DNA of 56,502 bases, counting the filler, from Catajapyx aquilonaris (lineage: Eukaryota), in the NCBI GenBank assembly GCA_000934665.2. It is 3 parts of 3 records of this genome, joined end to end, with 100 filler letters (N's around TTAATTAATTAA, not from the genome) between each part and the next. Parts side by side here need not be neighbours in the genome. Positions count along the whole stretch, not along the records: positions 1 to 18,882 come from KZ539567.1; 2 more parts are not named here. The stretch is one strand, 5' to 3'. Under the pieces are notes generated by a model. It ran no database searches. It worked only from the letters and a program-made list of their open reading frames with translations, and was not told where the DNA came from. Each line of letters begins with the position of its first letter. Position 1 is the stretch's first letter. The position numbers and the translations under genes were made by a program. Positions 1-11,595 of this stretch are shown piece by piece.

Positions 1-179
1 CCGCCGCTGCTTGTAAACGCGTAGCTTCTCGGCGAGCCTCCTGATTGGCTGGAGACTCTTCCCACGCATATTTACTAGTTACACAAATCGCCGCAGTGGC
101 GCTTTCCCATGTTAAACTCGCATAGACGGTGGCGCCACTGCGGAATTTTTCCATGTGTCGCCGTAATAAGCCGTGGGAT

Positions 180-280
180 ACTACTTTCGTTTTTAACGGT
201 CATGTAGCTAACGTTCGTTTTTAACGGTCATGTTGTAACGGTCGCTTTTAACGGTCATATTGTAACGGCTACGTTTACAT
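180..280. repeat. Short degenerate tandem repeat (cgtttttaacggtcat-type, about 4 copies)
   Basis: Repeated 'ttttaacggtcat' / 'gtaacgg' motifs read directly. Confidence 0.6.
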
Positions 281-789
281 TCATTTTCGCTTTGAAAAAA
301 TTTTACCAAAAAAACAGTTTGGTTCAGTTAGGTTATGTCATAAGTGGCCATTCGTCATTCGTCCTAGTGACATACATTAAAAGTCTCACGTACAGGGTGA
401 CACACATATAAAAGAGCATGTCGTCGATTCTCAGGCCTCTTTGGAAACGAATTACTGACGGCCAAACTTGCGTCGGGTTGGGTCCGTGAAGATGAAAGGT
501 CCCCTTTGACGATCGATGCGGGAAGGGCGGGGGATGGGAGAAGGCGGGGGACTATGGAAGGGTAGAGCCGGAGGAAGTAAAGGCTTGCTGTCGAGGGACT
601 GAGGTAAACAACTGGGCCTGAAAACTACTTTTTTTCCCCCCTCTTTTTCTCTCTCCGATTCACTCTCTCCAATTCTTTTGTGCGCTTATTTACCTTGCAT
701 GTGCACGGATCTGGAAATTTTCCCGATGTCTTCGTTTCGGTTCGAGTTTCGCTTGTATCGGAAATTTCGGATTGGAAGATTAGGTGTAT

Positions 790-843
790 CATGTTAGTTC
801 CTTTATCAGTTAAGAACATCTTTGGTGCTCCAAATCGCAATAT
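790..843 (-). pseudogene. Tiny relic of a Ty3/Gypsy-type LTR retrotransposon integrase core
   Basis: Minus-strand translation ILRFGAPKMFLTDKGTNM resembles the rve integrase motif R-F-G-x-P-x-x-x-x-T-D-x-G-x-N-F around the second catalytic Asp. Only 18 codons. Confidence 0.5.
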
Positions 844-887
844 TTGCAAATGAATATTGTTCTAGGAAAATTTGGAAACCTATAATA

Positions 888-1624
888 CAGTTGAATCCGG
901 ATATAACAGACTTAAGGGGCCGCGGAAAAAAGTATGTCGTAGCCAAATCGCCACTTTTGCAACGAATAGTCACACAAGTTTCCTGATTTCAATACACTTG
1001 TAATGCACACTACTGCATTATTATTAATGAAGCTATCCACAAATCACTCGTAACCTAGGCAGGAGTAAAGAAATTCTGCCATTTTCCTTTTCCGTCTCAT
1101 TCTTGCCAAAAAAAAGCACGTGATTTTGACTTTTCCGGCAAGTGTTAGATCAGTGACAGATGGGAACAGTGGCGGATCCAGGATTTTTTTCTGGGAGGGG
1201 CACAAGGGAACTTCGGGGGGGGGGNNNNNNNNNNNNNNNNNNNNNNNNNNNNNNNNNNNNNNNNNNNNNNNNNNNNNNNNNNNNNNNNNNNNNNNNNNNN
1301 NNNNNNNNNNNNNNNNNNNNNNNNNNNNNNNNNNNNNNNNNNNNNNNNNNNNNNNNNNNNNNNNNNNNNNNNNNNNNGCCCCCCCCCCCCTAAATCCTCC
1401 CCTGGATGGGAAAATCACCCCATCTCCCGTATTCTCCACCTTTCTGCGCAGGAAGGGATTTGAATATCAAAAACAGCATATTTTCCCAACGAGGGGCCAA
1501 GAAACGGTCTATTATACCCGGGGTAAGGTGAAAATGAGTGTATTATATCAGGAGTAACAATACACAGGGCCTTATGGAAGTATGGCGGGACCGGCCTTTC
1601 GAGTGTTATATCCGAAGTCAACTG
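888..1624. mobile_element. Non-autonomous Tc1/mariner-superfamily (pogo/Tigger-like) MITE, family A
   Basis: TIRs cagttgaatccggatataac / gttatatccgaagtcaactg, flanked by TA at 886-887 and 1625-1626. Related copies lie at about 11596-12150 and 51706-52416. Confidence 0.8.
1167..1404. mobile_element. hAT-type MITE nested in family A element (spans an N gap)
   Basis: Ends cagtggcggatcc / aaatcctcccctg; perfect 8-bp TSD gatgggaa at 1159-1166 and 1405-1412. Confidence 0.8.
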
Positions 1625-1709
1625 TATTAATATATTTTGCAAATAAATCTTGTTCTATGAAAATTAGAAAATCTATCATCTTAAAATCATATTCATGTTG
1701 TATGGTAAT

Positions 1710-1952
1710 TACAGATGTGTAATATTTCGATACATCGACTATCGATACTATATTTTCCTAATATCGAAGTGGCGATATCCGACGCTTGGCATGTGCGATG
1801 TATCGAATATCGCGATTTTTCGATATCAGTTCGATGTCGGTTCGCGATATTTTTCGATGTCGGTTTGCTATGTCGGTTTTTCGATTTTCTATACATCGAC
1901 TAAGATGCGATATATTATGAGTATCGAAAGTCGATATGCAATTTCGGATATT
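1710..1952. mobile_element. Degenerate copy of the CpG-rich hAT-type MITE at 13980-14242 (opposite orientation)
   Basis: Shares e.g. ttttcctaatatcgaagt-gcgatatccgacgcttggcatgtgcgatgtatcgaatatcgcgatt with the reverse complement of 14130-14205. Confidence 0.8.
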
Positions 1953-2004
1953 CAAGGGGGTAACCACTTCGGTACTCCGGTGTACACAGTGTGTACACCT
2001 GCGA

Positions 2005-2135
2005 GTGGTACTCCCAGGTACTCCTCAGGTACCTCACTCTTTATTACTTCCAGGTACTCCTCAGGTACCTCAGTCTTTATTACTTCCAGGTACTCCTCAG
2101 GTACCTCAGTCTTTATTACTCCTTGGTACTCCTTG
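2005..2135. repeat. 36-bp tandem repeat (about 3 copies)
   Basis: Unit ggtactcctcaggtacctcagtctttattacttcca starts at 2017, 2053 and 2089. Confidence 0.9.
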
Positions 2136-3161
2136 AATTTGGTATACTCCAGTGAACACTTTTCAGTCGAGTGATTACCCCGATTACTCCCTTGCGGATA
2201 TTGCACAGTCCTAATGGTAATGCCGTATTGGTTAGCCGTATAGTGTCACCGCGTTGACCCCCGTTCTGCCCATGCGCAATGGGGTAGGAGCAGCGCCTCT
2301 GGTGGGTGAGAGGAAGAGCTATCCATTCGATCGCTGCATTCCGGCGAGTTCACTTCGCATCCTCCCCACAGGCCTAGAAACAAGGGGTTTTCTACTAGTA
2401 TGATTTAATTTAAGAGTTCTATCCTCTTTAACTGCTGTTTAGAATGTAGGTGATGAACTAGACAACACAAGTGACTAGTGGGCGTATGATTTTCCAGAGG
2501 GCTTTGTAGAGGTAAAGTTGAGGGTGGTAGAGGTACAGAAACTACTCTGTGCACGTTTTAATTTGCGAGGATCTGCCTGGGACACGCGCTAATGAGAGAC
2601 ATCCGATAAGGCTTTTCCTCGGTTCTAAGTTGCGCCCGGTGGCGTGTCAGGAAACTCATTTCCACACATGGCCAGCCTAGCCACCGTGTATTTTACCTTC
2701 CGGGGAGATTCAGCAGGACTTGAGTGGAATTAGCAGAATTCCATGCTTGCACGTCGCAACACAGTTAGTACGGACTCATTTCTACTTGGACGTAATTAGA
2801 ACCGTGTTACCGTCCAGGGATATTTGGAGGGTCCCAATTTATGGCAGGATGAGTCCTTTCAGTGATGTCAGTATCATATATGGCTTACAAGGTATTGTGT
2901 AGCATTATCAGAATGAGCACGAAATTAATTCTGGTTGATAATTTGCTCAAGGTAATTTAATCTGCGGTGTATTGATTTATAACGGTTTATTTAGGACGAA
3001 GCATCAAAATTAGTAGTGCTAGTAATCTTCTATTCGAATTAGCTAATCAATTTTTGCTGCAGGCTACTTATGATAGGCCAATAATAATTATATTATACAA
3101 GGTTTAAAAAGCAATTACTGTCTGAAAAATTCTTATGTATATGATATTTATTTATTTTTCA

Positions 3162-3410
3162 GGGCACGGTGGTCGAGTAGTTGGCGCCACAGCCTTCCAC
3201 CTCCAACGAGTTCGATCCCCGGGTCGGGCTGTGGATACTTATGTGGATAGAGTTTCAATGTGTTCTCTTCGTGTTCGCGCGGGTTTTCTCGGGGTACTCC
3301 CGTTTCCTCACACAATCAAAATCCATAACAGCGTAGGCAATAATTAAACGGGTATTTAAAAGATGATCCCCTACCTAAGAGACCCAAGAACGCCTATCAC
3401 GGGTTATCCA
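3162..3410 (+). mobile_element. tRNA-derived SINE with V-domain-like core
   Basis: A-box-like tggtcgagtagttgg and B-box gagttcgatcccc, then gagtttcaatgtgttctcttcgtgttcgcgcgggttttctcggggtactcccgtttcctcacaca, resembling the V-SINE core as I recall it. 3' end uncertain. Confidence 0.7.
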
Positions 3411-3411
3411 C

Positions 3412-3580
<169 letters not shown>

Positions 3581-3839
3581 TCGTTAATTGTGTGCAGTAT
3601 TTATATCGACTTACGTACGTATTGTTTCTTTCAGATTGGTATTGTAATGTATTTAATTCATTGCATTTTTTTCGAAATAATTTTATCTCTATTATCCAGG
3701 CAGATAAATCATAATTATATTGCCACAAATGCGTAATTAAAATAAGCTTAATTAAATTTGCCCGAGAAAAAAATAAACAATAAAATTAGTCGAATAAAAA
3801 CAATAAAATTAGTCGAATAAAAATAAATCACATTGGTCA

Positions 3840-4360
3840 AATTAAAATTAAATTAAATTAAGATGAAATTGAATTAAAGTGAAAATAAAATTTTAATAAA
3901 TAAATTAAATTAAGCTTGAAGTGAATTAAAGTGAAAATAAAATTTTAATGAATTCATTAAATTAAGCTTGAAGTGAATTAAAGTGAAAATAAAATTTTAA
4001 TGAATTCATTAAATTAAGCTTGAAGTGAATTAAAGTGAAAATCAAATTTTAATTAATTCATTAAATTAAGCTTGAAGTGAATTAAAGTGAAAATCAAATT
4101 TTAATTAATTCATTAAATTAAGCTTGAAGTGAATTAAAGTGAAAATAAAGTTTTAATTAATTAATTAAATTAAGATTAAATTGAATTCAAGTGAAAATTC
4201 AAATTAAATTGAATTCAAGTGAAAATTCAAATTAAATTGAATTCAAGTGAAAATTCAAATTAAATTGAATTCAAGTGAAAATTCAAGTTAAATTGAATTC
4301 AAGTGAAAATTCGAATTAAATTAAATAGAAATAACATTCAAATGAAATTAAATAGAAATT
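3840..4360. repeat. AT-rich tandem arrays (52-bp unit, then 28-bp unit)
   Basis: taagcttgaagtgaattaaagtgaaaat recurs at 3911, 3963, 4015...; ttgaattcaagtgaaaattcaaattaaa recurs at 4181, 4209... Confidence 0.9.
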
Positions 4361-5109
4361 ACATTGGTCATAAAATATAAGCCACATGACATGCCAAAAT
4401 TATTCGAAAATGAACTTACCGGTCGATAATTCTTCATCAAAAATCCCCAAAAAGTTTTAAAATCGTTATTGCCACAGGACTACCATAAGTGACCTGCTCT
4501 AGCTTTTTTTTGTTTTTTTGTTTTTTTGGAAAAAAAAAGTCTGGTGTTTCTTCTTAACAAAAGTCGAGGGAAAGGGTTGAAGCCGAAAAGGGGATCTTAT
4601 TTCTTTTCTTTTCTCCTTCACCATGAAAGTTTTCCCCCGCAACCGTTCGTCAGGAAGTTTTCCTCTTAGAAAGAAAAGAAGTCTAAACACATAACTTACG
4701 CTGCGCCTTTCTGGTTGATGATACTTTCTACTTGATCACTCTCAGGAGACCTTTGAGAGATTGTCAAATGGAGGGAAGCATGGGAAGGACGGGCGGTGAG
4801 GACCACCCCTTTTTTGCAAGGGGAATGAAAATAAAAATGGGACATTTTGAAGTGTAGTTACCACATGAATAAATCTGGGAATGGTGTAACCTCATTTCGC
4901 TTAGACGAGCATGTTTTTGAAAGGGTTTTTTTTTTCAGATGAAACTTTTGTCAGGTGAAAATTTGAAATGTGTGCTCTTTAAAAATCCTGTAGTATAATG
5001 AAAGTATCTCTTCATGCTTAAATTCTGCTTTGTATATCCACAATTTTTGTGTAAGATGTTTATATTAATATTAGATAAAAATGTGAACATATGCATGGAC
5101 ATTGTGTTC

Positions 5110-5307
5110 CAGATTCGTGAGTCACTTTTTGATAACTGATATCGACCATAACAGTTATTTATTGTAGCTTGTTGTGCCCCTAACAATGTGCTCCATTCTG
5201 TAGCAGTAGTCGTTATAGAATGAGGCACATCGTTATGGGCATAACAAGCTACAAAAAAAAACTGCTATCGGACGATATCAGTAGTCAAAAAGTGGCCGAC
5301 GAATCTG
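5110..5307. mobile_element. Palindromic (foldback) MITE-like element
   Basis: Arms of about 90 bp (5110-5199 and 5217-5307) are imperfect reverse complements: cagattcgt...cattct / agaatg...acgaatctg. Confidence 0.7.
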
Positions 5308-5426
5308 TATTTATTATTAAATATTAGTTCCAGTGAGCTATCTCAACAGTAAAATTCCTTATTTCTTATAATATATTTCATTATGTAATTTTAATGCAAA
5401 AAAAGGCCTCGGGCTGCCCACCTGTA

Positions 5427-5625
5427 TTGTCGGGACACATGTGGGGGCATTTATCCCCCTTGGCTGATTTGGAGTGCCACCTGGTGGCGAGAGTTCTGTA
5501 AGGTATATAAGACGGGGGGGAGGGGGGGGGGTTCGCTGCCTTATGTACCTTACAGAACTCTCGCCACCAGGCGGGACACCAAATCAGCCAAGGGGGATAA
5601 ATGCCCTCACATGTGGTCCCGACAG
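5427..5625. mobile_element. Palindromic MITE with TA flanks
   Basis: Arms of about 85 bp, ttgtcgggac...ctgtaaggtatataag / cttatgtaccttacag...gtcccgacag, around a poly-G spacer; TA at 5425-5426 and 5626-5627. Confidence 0.75.
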
Positions 5626-5674
5626 TATGTTATTTTAGCCTTGGCTCATAATATGTCTGCATAATTTAAAAAAA

Positions 5675-6010
5675 ATTAAATATGATTAATTATTTTGTTA
5701 ATTTTTATATACGATTTTGTTAAATATGATTAATTATTTTATTAATTTTTATATACGATTTTGTTAAATATGATTAATTATTTTATTAATTTTTATATAC
5801 GATTTTGTTAAATATGATTAATTATTTTGTTAATTTTTATATATGATTTTGTTAATTTTTAAATATGATTTTATTAAATATTATTAATTATTTTGTTCAA
5901 ATATTATTATAAATATTATTTATAATGCTCGAATATTATTATAAATATTATTTATAGTGCTCAAATATTATTATAGATATTATTTATAATTTTGTTCAAA
6001 TATTATTATG
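5675..6010. repeat. AT-rich tandem array (44-bp unit, then shorter degenerate units)
   Basis: tatgattaattatttt..aatttttatatacgattttgttaaa recurs at 5681, 5725, 5769, 5813. Confidence 0.9.
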
Positions 6011-8460
6011 AATAACTCGCAAAATGACTACAATCTGACACATACAGGCTCGGTTATGTTAATCTCTATGTATAGTGATTAACAAAATGTCGTCCTCATA
6101 TGTGTAGTCATGACTACACGCACAGCACGAATTCTCCCAAAAAAATGTGTTCACACCAATGAGCCAAATAATTAGTCTCTCCCACCACCCTGTTATAGAC
6201 TAGGTGGCGTTGCGTCCCTTTGCAAATCCCCCCTCCCTCTCCGCCATACCTACCCCACCCCTCCCTTCCTTTGAATATTCGGCCCACGGCGCCACTTGAG
6301 CGCCACCATTCCCATGCAGCGACACGGAGCCCCTCATGGCCTTTTCATGAGCGCTTTACTTCCCAATCCTCCCAGGAGCCCGCCACGTCCATTGCCCCAT
6401 TTTCTTCTGGAGGAGATTTACGAGCAACTCGGCCCCCAACCAACAAGATGGAGTCAGCTACCCTCCTCCATCCCCCACTTTTCCCACCCTCCCACACCCA
6501 TATGACTGTCTTTCTCACATCATAATCCAACCATAGCAATTAACATATAATTATTCCACTGCAAGTGTATAGTACCCTCAATAGTACCTGAAGACAATCA
6601 TTGCGGGGATTCCCCGTTTAGTAGTCAGGAAATGAGTTTTCGCAGGGTTGGAAAGAGTTGAATTAGGCAAACTTTTTGTGCGAATTTTGTTGCAAAATAG
6701 CGTTTAGGTTAGGAGGTGAGTAGGCTTGTTTTGGTGGGGGAATGCGGGCCTAGTTAGGGATGAAGATGAGTTTCGGGGCTGGAGGAAAAAGGCCTGAAGG
6801 CTAGGGCGTGATTGCTATGGAGCTAACAATGAAAGTAGCGGAAAGGAGGAGATAAAATAGGAAGTAGCTAAACAAAGGGGGGGATGTAATAAGGAAGTCA
6901 AAAGTTGTTTGTTTAAAAAAACTATTCATCCTCTTTAATGGCTTTTAGAAGCATTAAAACTGTTGAAATATTACCAAATTTCTTATGAAAATAATAATTT
7001 AATACATTATTATTGAAAATTTAGTGGTGATAATTTCAATTAATGAATATTTGGATAATTTGTCGTTAATATTTTTACGTTACCCCGTGATAGGGCCATA
7101 GGCCCTTATAGGGGGGGGGTGGAATACCACCATTTTTCCTTCAATTTTCTGATTTTTTTCTTCTAACTCTGGTGCAAGAATGAAATGACATGAGGTAAGG
7201 ATTTGTAGTTAAATTTAGGTCATCATTTTATTAGATAAAAGCCGGTTATTCGAGTTTGTTCGGTGAGTTGCAAAAGCATGAGTTGATCGAAAGCAGAAAT
7301 ATTGCGATTATTAATTTACTTGCTGAAAGTGTAATTAATATTCTCGTTACATCATTGAGGTGGACCCGACAATCATGCATTACACTACCAGCGATCATGT
7401 ATGCAAATTTTCGGCCAAATAAAAAAAAATTGTTGGGTGGCATGCTTTTGTTGGATTCACTTGGATTTACCTCATAGTGTCGTAGTGACTTGGCTTGATA
7501 GATTATAATTATGATAAAATAATGACAACTCCACGAAATTTATGGAATAGCATGACAATTTGCCACTATTAATATAAATACCACACTATGTATGTTTTTG
7601 TATTGGTGTTAAACCATGTGAGATATGGCACGTATGTTAACACACAGTATCTCTTGTTTACACACCTTGTGACCTATGGATGATTCCAAACACTGTCATA
7701 AGATATCATGAATCGATATTACTGATTTCAATCCATCCAATAAAAACCCCCTCTAAGGATCATATTAGCTTGAACTACGATTCCGATCCTACAGTATACA
7801 AGGTATATGCACAAATGTTTTTTGGTTTAGAAATCCTTGGGTATTGATCAACCGGGCCACCCGCTCCAGTCTCTGATTTAGAAGAGCATCTCGGTCTTTG
7901 ATGTTGACTCTCGGACATTCTTAGAAGACGAGGTAGAATTCCCTAAAGAACGCCCAAGAAATAGTGAAAAAAAACCTCTAGGTCCTCATCCATGATACAA
8001 GGAAGCGAGACCTACTTTATCCAAGCTTCATCTTCTCCTTCAGATATAAAAAAAAAATAGAAAAAAAAACTAGCGATAGAACCTGCCTTTGGGATTGTTT
8101 ATGACCAGGTTTTCTACCGAAGCGCTCTTTCGCCCTCTAAACAGCGGTATGTTGGGCGAATCGAGTCCTTGCCACCAGCATCCCAAACTCATTTCTCAAC
8201 GTCAGGCCTGTCTTCCGCTTCCGGTTTTACCCCGTCGGACAGGAGGAGGATTCCGGACCTAACGCTCCATTGCATACAACTGGGATTGCGTGCCCATGAT
8301 TCGCTTCCAACCAACCCGCAACTGAGGTTGATGCATTGTTGGCAGGATGGATAGTTCATCATGGATCAGATTTGTTTTGCATTGTAATTGCTAACAAACA
8401 TGATGGACAGCCATTAAGAATAGTTTTGCTAATGCATTATGGGAAATATTAGCCCAGTCT

Positions 8461-8677
8461 ATCGTCCTATACGTATATACGTCCTATACGAGCATACGTC
8501 CGATACGAGCATACGTCCTATACGAGTATACGTCCTATACGAGTATACGTCCTATACGAGTATACGTCCTATACGAGTATACGTCCTATACGTAAATACG
8601 TCCTATACGAGTATACGTCCTATACGAGTATACGTCCTATACGCGTATACGTCCTATATACGTATATACGTATATAG
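8461..8677. repeat. 17-bp minisatellite
   Basis: Unit acgtcctatacgagtat, about 12 copies; explains the periodic ORF 8439-8720. Confidence 0.95.
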
Positions 8678-9175
8678 GACACTCTCACAAAATGTTAGAT
8701 TTTTAGTCACTTATTCATAAAAATATTTAAAATATTAAACCAAATATAATTCAGGCATATTATGGGTATATGTAGCATGTATTTAAAGTTGAAAGTCAGT
8801 CGGGCTATCTAACTCACTTCTAGACTTCCGAGAGACTGAAACTTGACGCACTTGTAGCTTAGAACGCTTGAGCTTAGAAGATGCCGAATTTTAAGCAATA
8901 GAACCAGTTATGGGCATATTTCCACCCTTACGTGGCCAGCAGTGCTGCTGGTAAGTAATTAAAAGAATTCAATTTATTTAGCATAAAAATATAATACATA
9001 ATGGGCAGTCATTAAACATAGTTTTGCTAATATATTAAGGTTAACTGAGCCCGACTGACTGAGTCTATTCTATATAACACCAAAAATGTTGAACTTTCAG
9101 TATATTAGTTCTTCAGTAGTTCATAAATTTTTTTAAAAATTATTAAGAATGTCTGGGTTAATGGGTTTCCAGAAG

Positions 9176-9345
9176 AGTGTGGCATTTGAGCCATCATTGT
9201 GGCCAGTTTCAGGCCTCTCAGTAGTCTACAAGTGAGTAGAGGGATAAATCGGAAATTGTGTCCGGGTTCTCTAGGGCTATCTAACTCACTTGTAGACTAC
9301 TGAGAGGCCTGAAACTGGTCACAATGATGGCTCAAATGCCACACT
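9176..9345. repeat. Inverted repeat (about 65-bp arms)
   Basis: agtgtggcatttgagccatcattgtg..cagtttcaggcctctcagtagtctacaagtgag is the reverse complement of 9285-9345; a partial direct copy lies at about 8801-8845. Confidence 0.8.
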
Positions 9346-9402
9346 ACGCTAGAAAATTGCATTAATTCCGAACCTTAAGTTATTAAACGAATTATATACC
9401 AA

Positions 9403-9643
9403 CTAGGAAAACTCTCGCAAACCACTCGCTTCGCTCGCTCTTTTCTAGGCCTACGGCCTGGGGTACCTATTCGGCGCACCCTATCGCCGGAATATGGGCA
9501 GTTTCCCCGGCAACCAAACAGAAGTTGTTTACACCAAATTGCGCATGAGTAGAACGCGGACCAATGGGGAGGTGGCGGTAACAATATGCCGCGGACAAAT
9601 CAGAGGGCTCGGCCAACTCCCGCAAGGATTTTAATATTATAGA
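9403..9643 (-). mobile_element. Short non-autonomous Helitron
   Basis: Minus strand starts TCTATAATATTAAAA and ends ...GAGCGAGCGAAGCGAGTGGTTTGCGAGAGTTTTCCTAG. It sits between host A and T with no TSD, the canonical Helitron termini. Confidence 0.65.
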
Positions 9644-10269
9644 TTTTCACAATTTCGTGGCCATTCTGCAGTGCTGCTGGTAAGTAAATACAATAAATTC
9701 ATTTATTTATGTAATAAAAATTCTAAGCTTTAACAGTATACAAAAATGGTGCTATTGCATGCTATCCAGGTGTAATGAACCCCTGACTTTTCAACACCAT
9801 CAATTGATAGACGGAACGTGTAAGCTAAAGTGGCCCCAAAACTGCAAGCCTAGCGCTATTTCTGCAGGTCCCGTGCTCTGAACGACAGCGATAAAAATCA
9901 AACAGTAGGGATTGTACGGTGGTGGGCTGGACGAGAGCAGTGTTGCCATGTAGGTTTTTTTCTGGGTAAAAAATCCGTTGTTCAGTCCCATACCCAAGAG
10001 CGCCCCCATACACTGCACATGTGTTCCCCAGATAACGGCTCGACCATTGGACACGATGCGAAATTTCGATATCGGAAAAGGCCGCTTATTACTAGCATGC
10101 AGGCGTAACGCTAGATGCGATCAGCTAATGAAGCAGAGGCTATGGAGCATTGTCGCGTGCAATGCGATACCCGATGGGGTATATGCTTTGGCACCTTCGA
10201 CATGAACACGAACTCTGACAGGTTTTTCTGGGATGAATTTGGGGGCTCTGGTGATGAGAAGGTGCGAAT

Positions 10270-10840
10270 CGACTATTTTTCCAGAACCACGAAGCGAGGA
10301 TTCTTCCAGAACCGCGAAGCGATGGATTTTTTTCGATCGCGAAGAGCGGGATCTTCCTGTATTGCGAGGTGAGGAATCGAGGATTCTTCCTGTATCACGA
10401 AGCGAGGAATCGAGGATTCTTCCTGCATCACGAAGCGAGGAATCGAGGATTCTTCCAGTATCGCGAGGCGAGGATTCAAGGATTCTCCTGAATCGCGAGG
10501 CGAGGAATCGAGGATTCTTCCTGTATCGCGAGGCGAGGAATCGTGGATTCTTCCAGTATCACGAGGCGAGGATTCGATGATTCTTCCCGTATCGCGAGGC
10601 GAGAATTCGAGGATTCTTCCAGTATCGCGAGGCGAGGATTCGAGGATTCTTCCTGTATTCGCGAGAGGCAGGTTCTTCTACAGTAGTATAGCGAAGCAAT
10701 GGTTCTACATGTGTCGATTCTTCCAATATTCGCGAGACGACGATTCTTCAATCCCGAAGCGAGGGTTCTTCTGCAGTAGTATCACGATGGAATTCTTCAA
10801 CTGTCACGAGGCAACAATTCTTAAAATATTGCGAAGCGAG
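10270..10840. repeat. CpG-rich 33-bp minisatellite
   Basis: Unit gaggaatcgaggattcttcctgtatcgcgaggc (10371, 10404...), about 10 good copies that decay at both edges; gives 11-aa periodic ORFs. Confidence 0.92.
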
Positions 10841-11595
10841 TGTTTTTCTACTATACATACATATAAAGCAAAGTTCGTCTGTCGGTTTCAAAACTAACAA
10901 TACTTCAATACACCAGTAATTTCCCATCCATTTACCCGGTAATTTCAGCTAACAGATATACACCATTAAATATAATAACATTACTGTTACGCCCTACTCT
11001 AACTATGTAACCACTAGTCTGGTCCGATCATGACTTGTATCATGCTATATTTGCATCAGAATAATTAATTATTCGTCATCGGATAACATACTGTACTGGT
11101 AGCAATGATCATAATTTGGCGGAAATATACAACCGGTTTCAGTGCACCACTTCCAATTTTATTTCCCGTTTTCCAGATGAATAACTCATTGTTGGCAACT
11201 GGAAAAGGGTCCAGCAAATTGAAAATACTGATACTGTAATAATATTTACGAGAGAAATGAAAACCATGGAGCTTGGTGAATAACCCAAAAAGACCCCCCT
11301 AGAATTAGAACCGGATTCCCTTTACGCCCTGCAATTAGAGTTCAAAACACATTGGAGACTTACGCCGAGGCAGTTTTGTTGAGTTAATTTGAGTTAATTT
11401 CTACCCGTGGGAGGGCAGTTCGTGACATTTTAACCCAGCGTGTAGCTTGGCTAGAATATTAATCCCCTTAATAACGCTGGTTTCCCCCACCCATCCGCAT
11501 ACATTTTAAAACCCGGTTGTAATATGGCTGATCAGGCTTCAAAAAAAAGTTTGAGCTTAAAGTGTGCCTTTAAAGTCCCCTCAAAATTACTTATA

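Noticed and set aside
1695..2206. ORFs of 62-159 aa in several frames
   Set aside because: They lie on a CpG-rich MITE and a 36-bp tandem repeat; periodic low-complexity translations.
7250..8354. Possible decayed spliced ORF or endogenous viral relic
   Set aside because: Stop density is near chance expectation and no motif is recognisable in the frames I read.
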